DNA of 61,913 nt from Clostridia bacterium. GTDB lineage: Bacteria; Bacillota; Clostridia; TANB77; CAG-465. Below are positions 1 to 9,837 of this stretch, piece by piece. The position numbers and the translations under genes were made by a program. Below the pieces are notes generated by a model. The model worked only from the letters and a program-made list of their open reading frames with translations, ran no database searches and was not told where the DNA came from. The number at the start of each line of letters is the position of its first letter. The stretch's first letter is position 1. Location: NCBI GenBank assembly GCA_017521005.1, contig JAFXEC010000052.1, positions 1 through 61,913 on the forward strand, written 5' to 3'.

Positions 1-29
1 ATATATGCGTGATGAAAAGAGGAGAAAAA

Positions 30-740
30 ATGGAAGAAATCAATATTAAAGATTTATTTGAATTTTTTATATCAAAAATAAGAATAATAACATTAGTAGT
101 ATTAATTGTAGTTTTAATTGGTGCAGTATATTCATTATGCTTCCAAGATCCAATGTTTGAATCTACAACTAATATGGTTCTAACTGGAACAGCTAGTGCA
201 AGCGGTAGCACTACATCTAAGGTAGAAGGTGGAGAAGCTATTACTCAAAATGATATTAACTTAAACTCTAAGTTAGTTGCTACATATAGAGAGATTATTA
301 AATCTAAAACTGTATTAAAAGATGTTATAAACACACTAGATCTTGAATATACAACTAAAGAACTATATAGAAATATAACTGTTTCAACAGTATCAGATAC
401 TGAAATGATTAGTATTACAGTTAAGTCTTTAAATGCAGAAGAAGCAGCTAAAGTAGCAAACAAACTAGCTGAAATATTTAGTGAAAATATTAAAGAAATA
501 TATAACATAGAAAACATTTCTATAATAGATAAAGCTGAAATAGAATCTGTACCTACAAACATAAATGTAGTTAAACAATTAATAATATATTTCCTAATTG
601 GTTTTGTAGTTGCATGTGGTATAGTATTTGTACTATTCTATTTTGATACTACATTAAAGGATGTTTCACAAATAGAGAAAATGGGATTTGTAGTATTAAC
701 TTCAATTCCAGAAAGAATAGAAGAAGGAGGTAAGAAATAA
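30..740 (+). CDS. Wzz/CpsC-type polysaccharide chain-length regulator (BY-kinase transmembrane modulator)
   Basis: ORF 9..740. ATG at 30 lies 6 nt after AGAGGAG. TM helices near both ends flank a soluble loop. Stop overlaps the start of the kinase gene (TAATG). Confidence 0.75.
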   Translation: MEEINIKDLFEFFISKIRIITLVVLIVVLIGAVYSLCFQDPMFESTTNMVLTGTASASGSTTSKVEGGEAITQNDINLNSKLVATYREIIKSKTVLKDVINTLDLEYTTKELYRNITVSTVSDTEMISITVKSLNAEEAAKVANKLAEIFSENIKEIYNIENISIIDKAEIESVPTNINVVKQLIIYFLIGFVVACGIVFVLFYFDTTLKDVSQIEKMGFVVLTSIPERIEEGGKK

Positions 741-1402
741 TGGCTAATATAATTTCACATAATAATCCTAAATCTATAATTTCAGAAAGTATAAAAATAC
801 TACGTACAAATCTTCAATTCTCAAATGTAGATGGTAGTCTTAAAACAATTATGATTACATCTTCAATATCTGGAGAAGGTAAGAGCTTTACTACAGCAAA
901 CCTTGCAGTATCATTTGCAGCACTTGGAATGAAAATTTTAGTTGTAGACTGTGATATGAGACGTGGAACACAACATAAACAATTTGGCATAACAAATGCT
1001 AATGGTTTATCTGATCTTTTAATAGATCCAGTTATGAACTTAGATAAATATGTAAAAACAGTAGATATAGACAATGTTTCGGTAATAACTGCTGGTACAG
1101 TACCACCAAACCCAAGTGAATTATTAAGTTCAAATAGTTTTGCTAAATTCTTAGAATTAGTAAAATCAAAATATGATATGGTTATTTTAGACGTTCCACC
1201 AGTAACTGTAGTTCCAGATGCATCTATTGTTGCTACAAAAGTAGATAAGACAATAATTGTTTCTAGAATAAAAGTTACACCAATGGAAGAATTAGAAAAA
1301 ACTAAAAAGATGTTAGAGAACGTAAAAGCTAACATTGCTGGTGTAGTAGTAAATGGTGTTAAAACATCTGCTAAAAAATACTATGGTAACTATTACAAAT
1401 AA
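740..1402 (+). CDS. CpsD/CapB-type bacterial tyrosine kinase (BY-kinase)
   Basis: Walker A SGEGKS, Walker A' VVDCDMRR, Walker B ILDVPP, C-terminal tyrosine cluster KKYYGNYYK. Confidence 0.85.
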   Translation: MANIISHNNPKSIISESIKILRTNLQFSNVDGSLKTIMITSSISGEGKSFTTANLAVSFAALGMKILVVDCDMRRGTQHKQFGITNANGLSDLLIDPVMNLDKYVKTVDIDNVSVITAGTVPPNPSELLSSNSFAKFLELVKSKYDMVILDVPPVTVVPDASIVATKVDKTIIVSRIKVTPMEELEKTKKMLENVKANIAGVVVNGVKTSAKKYYGNYYK

Positions 1403-1410
1403 GGAGTAAT

Positions 1411-2133
1411 ATGATAGATATACATACACATATATTACATACGGTAGATGATGGTAGCGATGCTTTAGAAGAAAGTGTCGCTATATTACAATCTGCTGAA
1501 AGCGTAGGAGTAACAGATATAATTTGTACTCCGCATTATTTAAGCAAAGAAGAATTTAATAAAGAACTTGTATTAAAAAGGTTTAATGAATTAAAAGAAG
1601 AAATAAAAAAGAAAAATATAAATATTAATTTACATTTAGGAACTGAAATTGCAGTATATGGAAGAGTAGATAAATTATTAGAGGATAAAGATTTAACTTC
1701 TTTAGCAGGATCTAAATATCTTTTAATAGAATTTCCGATGGCAATAGATGTAGATTATGTTTTAGATACTGTGTATGAAATTAAAGTGCGTGGGTTTATT
1801 CCGGTAATTGCACATCCAGAAAGATGTGAATGCTTTAAAAGAGATTACAGCCTAATAACAAAAGCAATTAAAGAAGGTGCTTTAATACAATGCAACATAG
1901 ACAGTTTATTAGGTGGAAATGGTACTACGGCAAAAAGAATAATTAGAAGTTTACTAAAAGAACACAAAGTAGATTTCCTTGTTACAGATATACATAGTAT
2001 AACAAATAACAGATATGAACGTTTACCTAAAGCTATGAAGAAAGTAGAAAAACTTGTAGGTAAAGAATATATGTATGAATTGTTTGAACACAATGCAAGA
2101 AAAATATTATTAAATGAAAATATAGAGGAGTAG
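1411..2133 (+). CDS. PHP-family protein-tyrosine phosphatase (CpsB/YwqE-like)
   Basis: N-terminal IDIHTHILHTVDDGS and later HPERC metal-binding motifs. Sits directly after the BY-kinase pair. Confidence 0.85.
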   Translation: MIDIHTHILHTVDDGSDALEESVAILQSAESVGVTDIICTPHYLSKEEFNKELVLKRFNELKEEIKKKNININLHLGTEIAVYGRVDKLLEDKDLTSLAGSKYLLIEFPMAIDVDYVLDTVYEIKVRGFIPVIAHPERCECFKRDYSLITKAIKEGALIQCNIDSLLGGNGTTAKRIIRSLLKEHKVDFLVTDIHSITNNRYERLPKAMKKVEKLVGKEYMYELFEHNARKILLNENIEE

Positions 2134-2136
2134 TTT

Positions 2137-3459
2137 ATGACAAAGAAAGTTTTCTCATTACTTTTTATAATATTTACAGCTAGTACGATTTTTTGTACTA
2201 GCGTTTTTGCTGCAACAAAGAACGATATAATTTCTTTTGTAAATGCGCAATCAGTATGTGGAGATACAGGATTATTTAATTCATATAAGAAGACATTTAC
2301 TAGACTTCTTAAACAAAAGGATTTAAGTGCGTCAGAATTAAATACAATATATTCGTATTTACAAAATGCAGTAGGCATTTTAAATAGTAAAGGAGTTTGT
2401 AAAATTGCAGATCTAAGTAAGTTAACATCTGCAGAAAAGAAAAGTGTATATAACAGTCTTATGGCAGGAGCTAATATAATTACAAATGCGCCAATGTTAG
2501 AGGAAAAAGAAGAAGTGGTAGCACCTGAAACGCCTGAGAATAATGAACAAGACAAGGATAAAGGAAATACAGGAAATACTACTAAACCTACTACAAAACC
2601 AAATAGTAATAAAAATAATACTAACAAGAACAATACTTCAAAAGAAAATGAAGGAACTAAAATCACAATAAATACTCAAGATGGTACAATGGATATTTAT
2701 GAAAATGGCGTATTAGTAGATAAACTAGAAATGTCTAATGCTAAAATGACATATACTGGAGCTAATATGACATATGTGCTAATATCTGTTATATGTATAG
2801 CTGTTTTTGGAGTTTCACTTTTAGTATTTGTTAAGTTATATGACATACATTCATCAAAAACTAGAATGGTAAAAAATATATTTGTCTCAGGAATGATTTG
2901 CTCCGCTACAATACTTTTAGTAGTATTAGTATTTGGAAGTAAAATAGAAAGTGCATTAGCAACAATAAATATGCTAAGTATATCTAACAGTAAAGAAGAA
3001 ATACAAGTAGAACTAAATGATAAACATGAGATAGTTAAATATCCATCATATGGTGCAAATTATGGAACTTTAAGTATACCTGAAGTAAATATAGAAAATA
3101 AAATATACTTTGGGGATATGACCACAATACTTTCTTTAGGAATTGGACATACAACATCAAGTTCAATGCCAACTGAGGGAGATACTGTAATATACAGTGG
3201 GCATAATAGAGAAAATATGTTAGCAGGACTTAAAGATATTACAAAAGGAAATAAAATAACAGTAGATACAACATATGCTAAATGTACATATACAGTTGTT
3301 AAAACTGAAATTTTAAATGATACAGAAACAGGCAAACTAACAAAACAAAATAACAAAGAAACTTTAATACTATACACATGTTATCCATTTGGTAGTTATG
3401 TATATGCAAATAAAAGATTTGTTGTATATAGTGTGTTAGATAGTATAGAGTGGAAGTAG
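2137..3459 (+). CDS. Sortase-domain protein with a long N-terminal secreted domain and two internal TM helices
   Basis: Signal peptide ending VFA-AT, Cys-containing helical domain, N/T/K/P-rich linker, two TM helices. C-terminal sortase core has YSGHNRENM (His), LILYTCYP (TLxTC Cys) and KRFVV (Arg). Confidence 0.7.
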   Translation: MTKKVFSLLFIIFTASTIFCTSVFAATKNDIISFVNAQSVCGDTGLFNSYKKTFTRLLKQKDLSASELNTIYSYLQNAVGILNSKGVCKIADLSKLTSAEKKSVYNSLMAGANIITNAPMLEEKEEVVAPETPENNEQDKDKGNTGNTTKPTTKPNSNKNNTNKNNTSKENEGTKITINTQDGTMDIYENGVLVDKLEMSNAKMTYTGANMTYVLISVICIAVFGVSLLVFVKLYDIHSSKTRMVKNIFVSGMICSATILLVVLVFGSKIESALATINMLSISNSKEEIQVELNDKHEIVKYPSYGANYGTLSIPEVNIENKIYFGDMTTILSLGIGHTTSSSMPTEGDTVIYSGHNRENMLAGLKDITKGNKITVDTTYAKCTYTVVKTEILNDTETGKLTKQNNKETLILYTCYPFGSYVYANKRFVVYSVLDSIEWK

Positions 3460-3467
3460 GTGGCTAT

Positions 3468-4232
3468 ATGAAACAAATAATAGGAATATTTTTAATGATA
3501 GTACAAACAGTGCTAGGAATTGTACTTTGTATTGGAATAGCTACTGTAATAAATATGAATTCAGACACTGTATTAAAAGCGGTATACAAGGCAAATTATT
3601 TAGAAACAACATCATTTGCTGCTAAAGAAACTTTAATGGGATATATGACAGAAGAAAAAGCAGATAGTATATTAAATGAAGTAAGTGTTAAATCTGAAAT
3701 AAAAGAATTAGTTGGTGCTATTGACAACAATACTGTAGAAAAGAAAGCAGAAGCTATGAAAGCGGAAATGAATACTAAAGTTGTAATGTCTTTAGAAGAT
3801 GATGTAGATGAAAATTTAAAAGAGCAATTTGCAACTATTGTAAGTAATGCATATATGAAAACAATTTTCCCTATTTCAGAAATGAGCTTAGTAAGTAAAT
3901 ATTGTGCGCTATATAAAAACAAAATAATTTTAGCAGTAGTTGTATTAGCGCTAATATATGGAATAATATTTGTGGCATTATCTAAAGGTAGAAAAACATA
4001 TAAATGGCAAATAATATCTATGTATAATACAATAGTATTTACATTAATAATATTTGCACTTCTTGGAACATTTACAAATATAACAATAGGAAATGAAAGA
4101 ACAAGCGAAGTAATAACAAACATTATAAAAAATGTAAGAGGAGATATTTTAATAGTAGTATTTGTAATGATACTATTGGCTATAGTATCTAACTACTTTG
4201 CATATTTTAGAAAAAAGAAAAGTAAACATTAA
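3468..4232 (+). CDS. Membrane protein, unknown function
   Basis: ORF 3450..4232; ATG at 3468 follows GTAGGTGG. One N-terminal and several C-terminal TM helices. Confidence 0.5.
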   Translation: MKQIIGIFLMIVQTVLGIVLCIGIATVINMNSDTVLKAVYKANYLETTSFAAKETLMGYMTEEKADSILNEVSVKSEIKELVGAIDNNTVEKKAEAMKAEMNTKVVMSLEDDVDENLKEQFATIVSNAYMKTIFPISEMSLVSKYCALYKNKIILAVVVLALIYGIIFVALSKGRKTYKWQIISMYNTIVFTLIIFALLGTFTNITIGNERTSEVITNIIKNVRGDILIVVFVMILLAIVSNYFAYFRKKKSKH

Positions 4233-4240
4233 TAATTAAG

Positions 4241-4274
4241 AAACAATGTGACTATTTTAGTTACATTGTTTTTT
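4241..4274 (+). terminator. Rho-independent terminator
   Basis: aaacaatgtgac / gttacattgttt stem followed by a T6 run. Confidence 0.7.
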
Positions 4275-4404
4275 GCCAAATAATAATAAAAATAACAAAA
4301 AATATATAGCATTTGAAAAAACTTTGTGATAACATATATTTGTATAGTAATAAAGTGGATATTTCTGCGTAGATTTAAGCAAAGTATCTTAGGAGGTAAA
4401 ACAT

Positions 4405-5223
4405 ATGAAGACGGTCGTAATAACTGGAAGCGCAAGAGGGCTTGGGTTTGAAATGGCAAAGGTATTTAAGAGAAACAATGTTAATGTTGTAATAAGCGAT
4501 TTGAAGGAAGAAAATCTAAAGAAAGCTAAAAAATTATTAGATGAAATAGAAAGTGAATCTAAAGTGTCATATGCAGTTTGTAATGTAACAAATGAAGAAC
4601 AAATTTTAGATTTAATTGCTCATGCAAATAAAACATTTGGCAGAATAGATATATGGATAAATAACGCTGGTGTAAACCAACCAGAAAGAGCTATATGGGA
4701 ATTAGATACTAAAGATATAGACACAGTACTTAATGTAGATTTAAAGGGTGCTATAATAGGCTCTAAGTATGCTATGTTAGATATGACTAAAAATGGTGGT
4801 GGAGCTATATATAACATAGAAGGTTATGGTAGCAATGATGCTAAAATGTTAGGTTTATCTATATATGGAACAAGTAAAAGAGCAGTTACATACTTTACAG
4901 AAGCATTAGCGAAAGAATCTGCTGAAAGAAATACAGGAGTTATTGTTGGAAAACTTAGCCCCGGTATTATGATAACAGACTTTATAACTAATGCACTTGG
5001 AAATGGTGAAGCAATTAACCTTTCAGATAAAACTAAAAAAGTATATAACATACTTGGAGATTATCCAGATGTAGTTGCTAAATTCTTAGTAGAAGGAATG
5101 CTAAAGAATACTAAGAATGATGCTAAGATAGAATGGCTAACAGGATCTAAAGCAGCTTGGAGATTTATGACAGCAGGCTTTAACAAAAGAGACTTTTTTG
5201 ATCAAAAGTTATTAAAAGAATAA
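4405..5223 (+). CDS. Short-chain dehydrogenase/reductase (SDR)
   Basis: TGSARGLG cofactor motif, NNAG, catalytic YGTSK. RBS AGGAGG upstream. Confidence 0.85.
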   Translation: MKTVVITGSARGLGFEMAKVFKRNNVNVVISDLKEENLKKAKKLLDEIESESKVSYAVCNVTNEEQILDLIAHANKTFGRIDIWINNAGVNQPERAIWELDTKDIDTVLNVDLKGAIIGSKYAMLDMTKNGGGAIYNIEGYGSNDAKMLGLSIYGTSKRAVTYFTEALAKESAERNTGVIVGKLSPGIMITDFITNALGNGEAINLSDKTKKVYNILGDYPDVVAKFLVEGMLKNTKNDAKIEWLTGSKAAWRFMTAGFNKRDFFDQKLLKE

Positions 5224-5244
5224 TCTAAAGATAAAAGAGGAAAA

Positions 5245-7038
5245 ATGAAAAAAATAATACAAAAATATTTAGGTATAAAGAAACCTGAAATAACAAAAAT
5301 GGATATTGGTTCTCAAAATGAAACATATGACATTAATGGTAAATATGTACTTAAAGTATTTAGTAAAGATGCAGTAGCAAACGATAAAGAAAAAGATTTG
5401 CGCGAATTAAAAGAAATGGTTGCAGAGGTCTTTAAGGATAAAGGAGTACCAATGGTACTTCCTTTAATGTTTAAGGACAGATACATTCAAGGAGATAATC
5501 CATACTTTGTAATATATCCAAAGGTTAAAATGAAGAGTGTTACAAGAGATGAGATTACAGATGAACATATTTTAGCAATAAGTAACTTTGTAGCTAAAAT
5601 GCACAATATAAGAGTTGATGTTCCAGCACTTAAACATAAAAAAGAGAAGTTTACTATTGATGTAGATAAATACATTAGGCTATATAACCTAAACAACAAG
5701 ATGAATGTTACATTAAGAGAAAATAAAGAGTTAATAGAAAAATTACAAAACAAAATAAATAATGCAATAGATTCTTTGAAATCTAAAGAGGTAATAAGTC
5801 ATAATGACCTTAAATTAGATAATGTTTTATGGGATAAATTTAATCCATACTTTATAGATTTTGATGCGGTAGGATATGTAAATCATATGTGCGCAGCAAA
5901 TGAGTATGCATATGTATGGTGTACAAAGAATGGAAAAATAGACTTAAAATGTTATGAGTTGTTTATGGCAAATTATCTTAAGTATCATTACTCAATAGAT
6001 AATTTTGAAGATGTACTTTATATGACACTTTACGGTAAGTTTTCTTGGCTTAGATATAGTTTAGATAGAGGAAAATCTAAAGATGAAGAACAAGCAAAAC
6101 AAGGAATAAACGCTGTAGTGCATCTATTAAAAGAATTTGCTATGTATGAAAGAACAATACCTAGCATGCTTAAGGTTTTAGAAAAACTTGTAAAGAAAGA
6201 TGAACCAGTAAAGAATACAGGTATAAAGCAATTAACGAATTACCATTCACATACATATAGATGTCGTCACGCAGATGACACAGTAACAGATGAAGATTAT
6301 GTAAAAGAATATATAAAGGCCGGATTTAAAGAAATAGCCTTTACAGACCACGTACCGCAAAAGAATGTCATTGATACAAGAAAACGTATGAGAATGGATT
6401 ATAGCGAAAAAGAAGACTATTTAAATAGCGTAAGACATCTTAAAGAAAAGTATAAAGATAAAATAAATATAAAGGTAGGATTTGAGATAGAATACTTACC
6501 AGAACATTTGGAAGAATTTAAAGAATTAAAAGAAGAATGTGATCTTTTAGTACTAGGTCAACATTATACGTATGACAGAAAAAACAACGAAGTAAAAGTA
6601 TTTAATGAAAAGATAAGACCAGAATTTTCAGATGATGAAATAATTGAACACTATGAATATATGAAAGAAGCTGTAGAACATGATTTGGTAAAAATTATTG
6701 TTCATCCAGATATGTATATGTGCGTAAGAAAAGAATTTGGCGAGTTTGAAGAAAAAATAGCTAGAAAGATAGCTAGCCTTGCAGAAAAACACAATATAAT
6801 ACTTGAAATAAATCTAATGGATATATTTAAACATATGTGTGGAAAGAAACAAAATATAGAATATCCAAATAGAGAGTTTTGGAGAATAGTATCAGAATAT
6901 GATGTGCCAGTAATATATGGTATAGATGCACATTTTAGAGGTCAAATAAGAAGTCATAAGGAAATGATAAAATTTGCTAGAAGCTATCTTGGAAAAGATA
7001 TTGTTTCTAAGTTAAAATTTGTAGAAGATTGTAAATAA
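5245..7038 (+). CDS. Fusion of APH/choline-kinase-like phosphotransferase (N-terminal) and PHP/HisJ-like phosphoesterase (C-terminal)
   Basis: N half: HNDLKLDNVLW catalytic loop and FIDFD. C half: HSHTYRCRHADD, AFTDHVP and VHPD, typical of PHP histidinol-phosphatase-type domains. Confidence 0.7.
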   Translation: MKKIIQKYLGIKKPEITKMDIGSQNETYDINGKYVLKVFSKDAVANDKEKDLRELKEMVAEVFKDKGVPMVLPLMFKDRYIQGDNPYFVIYPKVKMKSVTRDEITDEHILAISNFVAKMHNIRVDVPALKHKKEKFTIDVDKYIRLYNLNNKMNVTLRENKELIEKLQNKINNAIDSLKSKEVISHNDLKLDNVLWDKFNPYFIDFDAVGYVNHMCAANEYAYVWCTKNGKIDLKCYELFMANYLKYHYSIDNFEDVLYMTLYGKFSWLRYSLDRGKSKDEEQAKQGINAVVHLLKEFAMYERTIPSMLKVLEKLVKKDEPVKNTGIKQLTNYHSHTYRCRHADDTVTDEDYVKEYIKAGFKEIAFTDHVPQKNVIDTRKRMRMDYSEKEDYLNSVRHLKEKYKDKINIKVGFEIEYLPEHLEEFKELKEECDLLVLGQHYTYDRKNNEVKVFNEKIRPEFSDDEIIEHYEYMKEAVEHDLVKIIVHPDMYMCVRKEFGEFEEKIARKIASLAEKHNIILEINLMDIFKHMCGKKQNIEYPNREFWRIVSEYDVPVIYGIDAHFRGQIRSHKEMIKFARSYLGKDIVSKLKFVEDCK

Positions 7039-7067
7039 AAGGTCGTTATGACCTTTTATTTTTTTAT
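7037..7067 (+). terminator. Rho-independent terminator
   Basis: aaaaggtc-gttat-gacctttt hairpin plus T-run. Confidence 0.7.
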
Positions 7068-7130
7068 ACCTTGTTATATAATTACAAAGTAAATTATTAT
7101 AAAAGAAACAAAGATTTTAATGGGGGTAAT

Positions 7131-8033
7131 ATGAAATCTGAAAAAAATATATTTATAGCGTTTATATTAAACTTGCTGTTTGCAATAGTTGAGCTTATAG
7201 GAGGTTTTGTAACAAATAGTATCTCTATAGTATCAGACTCTGTTCATGATTTTGGAGATGCGTTAAGTATAGGAATGGCATTTTTCTTAGAGAAGAAATC
7301 TAATAAAAAGCCAGATACTAAATATACATATGGATATCTTAGATATTCATTATTAAGTGCGTTACTTACATCAGTAATATTACTTGTTGGAGCAATATTT
7401 GTAATAATAAACGCAGTGCCAAGATTAGTAAATCCAACTGAAGTAAATCATACTGGTATGATTATTCTTGGAATACTTGGAGTATGTGTAAATTTAATAG
7501 CAGCAGCAAGAACATCGCATAGCCATAACTTAAACGAGAAAGCTATTAATCTTCATTTAATAGAAGATGTATTAGGTTGGATAGCAGTTCTTGCAGGAAG
7601 TGTAGTAATTAAGTTTACAGGTTTGTACATAATAGACCCAATATTATCTATTGGAATAACAATATACATTTTATATCACGTATATAGAAATATTAAAGAG
7701 GTATTTGAAGTGCTATTAGAAAAAGCTCCAAGTGACATAGATATAGAAAAACTAACACACGAATTAAATGAACTAGAAGAAGTAAAAGATGTACATCATA
7801 TGCATATATGGACTATGGATAATATACACCATTATATAACACTTCATGCAGTACTAGATGAAGAAAATAAAGATATAGAACATGCAAAACATGAGATAAG
7901 AGAAGTATTAGAAAAATATAATCTTACACATTCTACTATAGAAATAGAATATAACAAATGTGAACATGATGGTTGTGAGATATCTCACATAGAAGGTGAG
8001 CATGAACATCATCACCACCACCATCATCATTAA
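7131..8033 (+). CDS. Cation diffusion facilitator (CzcD/ZitB-like Zn/Co/Cd efflux) with His-rich C-terminal tail
   Basis: ORF 7071..8033; ATG at 7131 after TGGGGGT. Six TM helices, HDFGD and HLIEDVLGW metal-site motifs, tail EGEHEHHHHHHHH. Confidence 0.85.
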   Translation: MKSEKNIFIAFILNLLFAIVELIGGFVTNSISIVSDSVHDFGDALSIGMAFFLEKKSNKKPDTKYTYGYLRYSLLSALLTSVILLVGAIFVIINAVPRLVNPTEVNHTGMIILGILGVCVNLIAAARTSHSHNLNEKAINLHLIEDVLGWIAVLAGSVVIKFTGLYIIDPILSIGITIYILYHVYRNIKEVFEVLLEKAPSDIDIEKLTHELNELEEVKDVHHMHIWTMDNIHHYITLHAVLDEENKDIEHAKHEIREVLEKYNLTHSTIEIEYNKCEHDGCEISHIEGEHEHHHHHHHH

Positions 8034-8066
8034 TATATAATTAGTTATAGTTTAGGAGGTAGTACT

Positions 8067-8576
8067 ATGGAAAAAGTGGATATATACAATAGATTTAGAG
8101 AACATACTGGAAAAACTAAAGGAAGAAAAGAAGTAGAAGCAGGAGAATACAGAATCTCTACACACATTTGGGTAAAAGATTTAGAAGGAAAAATTCTTGT
8201 ACTAAAACGTTCAGAAAAGGAAGATAAATTCCCTGGTATGTGGGCTCAAGTAGGTGGCGGAGTAGTAGCAGGAGATACAAGCAAAGAAACAGTTGTAAAA
8301 GAATGTATGGAAGAATTAAAGCTTACTGTAACTGAGAATAATATGTACTATGTTGGAAGCTATACACGTACAAGAGACATAGTAGATGTATGGCTTGTAG
8401 AACAAGATATAGATGTATCTAAACTTGTATTCCAAGAAGATGAAGTAGCAGATGCTAAACTAGTAACTATGGAAGAATTTGATCATATGATTGCACAAGG
8501 AATAGTAGTTCCTTCAATAAATCCTTCATACGATTTAATGAAAAACTATTTGAAACAATATAAAGATAAGAAATAA
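8067..8576 (+). CDS. NUDIX hydrolase
   Basis: Nudix box GGGVVAGDTSKETVVKECMEELKL. Confidence 0.8.
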   Translation: MEKVDIYNRFREHTGKTKGRKEVEAGEYRISTHIWVKDLEGKILVLKRSEKEDKFPGMWAQVGGGVVAGDTSKETVVKECMEELKLTVTENNMYYVGSYTRTRDIVDVWLVEQDIDVSKLVFQEDEVADAKLVTMEEFDHMIAQGIVVPSINPSYDLMKNYLKQYKDKK

Positions 8577-8602
8577 TAAAAATAAATTAAAGAGGAAAAT
8601 AT

Positions 8603-8935
8603 ATGGTAGGTAAATATAAGGTAATAACACTATGTGGTTCTACTAAATTTAAGGATGAATTTTTAAGAGAACAAAAACGCTTAACGTTAGAAGGAAACAT
8701 AGTAATTTCTGTAGGACTATTTGGCCATTCTGGGGATAACGAAGTTTGGGAGAATATGGACGAAGGGACTTTAACTAAAACTAAAGAAATGTTAGATGAT
8801 ATGCATAAAAGAAAGATAGATATGGCAGATGAAATATTTGTTATTAATGTAAATGGTTACATAGGTGAAAGTACAAAGTCTGAAATAGCTTATGCAGAAA
8901 GTACAGGCAAAACAGTAAGGTATCTAGAAAGTTAA
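8603..8935 (+). CDS. Small conserved hypothetical protein (CGSTKF motif; possibly nucleoside deoxyribosyltransferase-like fold)
   Basis: 110-aa ORF with RBS AGAGGA. Fold assignment rests only on recollection of similar small proteins. Confidence 0.35.
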   Translation: MVGKYKVITLCGSTKFKDEFLREQKRLTLEGNIVISVGLFGHSGDNEVWENMDEGTLTKTKEMLDDMHKRKIDMADEIFVINVNGYIGESTKSEIAYAESTGKTVRYLES

Positions 8936-8950
8936 TAAATGGAGGTACAT

Positions 8951-9826
8951 ATGAAAAACGTAATATTAGAAATAAAAGGATTAACTAAATATTATGGGAA
9001 AATATTAGGTGTAGAAGATTTATCTTTATCTTTAAATGAAGGTGAAGTGTTTGGCTTTATTGGACCTAATGGTGCAGGTAAAAGTACTACTATTCGTTCT
9101 ATAATGCATTTAATAAACAAAACAGCGGGAATTGTTTTAGTTAATGGTAAAGAGTTTAATAGAAATGATACTAGTATAAAAGAGATGATTGGTTATCTTC
9201 CAAGTGAAGTTAATCTTTATGAAGATTTAACAGTTAAGCAAATGTTAGATTACCACGAATCTTTTTATAACAAAGACATACATAAAAGAAGATGCGAACT
9301 AGTAGAAAGACTAAAATTAGATGAGACTAAAAAGGTAGAAGATTTATCTTTAGGTAATTCTAAGAAGTTAGGCATAGTTCTTGCTTTTATGCATGAACCA
9401 AAGCTTTTAATATTAGACGAACCAACAAGTGGACTAGATCCTATTATGCAACAAGAGTTTTATAAACTGCTTGTAGAGGAAAAGAAAAAAGGTACAACAA
9501 TATTCTATTCTACGCATATATTAAGTGAGATATCTAAGATTTGTGATAGAGTGGGTATTATTAAAAATGGTAAACTTCTAAAAGTAGAAAAAATAGGAGA
9601 ACTTCTTAAAAAGAATTTAGATTTAGTAACAATTGAATCTAAAGAGGTGGCTGCTATTTTATCTGAACTTAAAGTAGAAACTATAGAAAAGGAAAAGAAT
9701 ACTGTTAAGTTCAAAAACGTATTACCTGCAAATGAGTTAATAAAAGTTATTTCTAAATATGATATAGATGATATTTTAATTGAGGAAGCAAGTTTAGAAG
9801 ATATCTTCCTACATTATTATGAATAG
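8951..9826 (+). CDS. ABC transporter ATP-binding protein (ABC-2 type)
   Basis: ATG at 8951 after GGAGGT. Walker A GPNGAGKST, signature LSLGNSKKL, Walker B LLILDEPTSGLD. Confidence 0.9.
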   Translation: MKNVILEIKGLTKYYGKILGVEDLSLSLNEGEVFGFIGPNGAGKSTTIRSIMHLINKTAGIVLVNGKEFNRNDTSIKEMIGYLPSEVNLYEDLTVKQMLDYHESFYNKDIHKRRCELVERLKLDETKKVEDLSLGNSKKLGIVLAFMHEPKLLILDEPTSGLDPIMQQEFYKLLVEEKKKGTTIFYSTHILSEISKICDRVGIIKNGKLLKVEKIGELLKKNLDLVTIESKEVAAILSELKVETIEKEKNTVKFKNVLPANELIKVISKYDIDDILIEEASLEDIFLHYYE

Positions 9827-9837
9827 GAGGTAATAAT

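Noticed and set aside
814-2666. Long antisense ORFs in the six-frame track (for example 814..1335, 1845..2666, 11407..11985, 27133..27705, 36181..36765, 60138..60626, all minus strand).
   Set aside because: They lie entirely inside well-supported plus-strand genes. They encode low-complexity S/I/F/L-rich products typical of shadow frames in AT-rich DNA, and they lack an RBS.
7998-8033. Run of eight consecutive His codons at the end of the CDF transporter, as a possible engineered His-tag.
   Set aside because: His-rich cytoplasmic tails are common natural features of CDF transporters. The run uses mixed CAT/CAC codons, sits within a longer EGEHEH context, and has no vector-like flanks.
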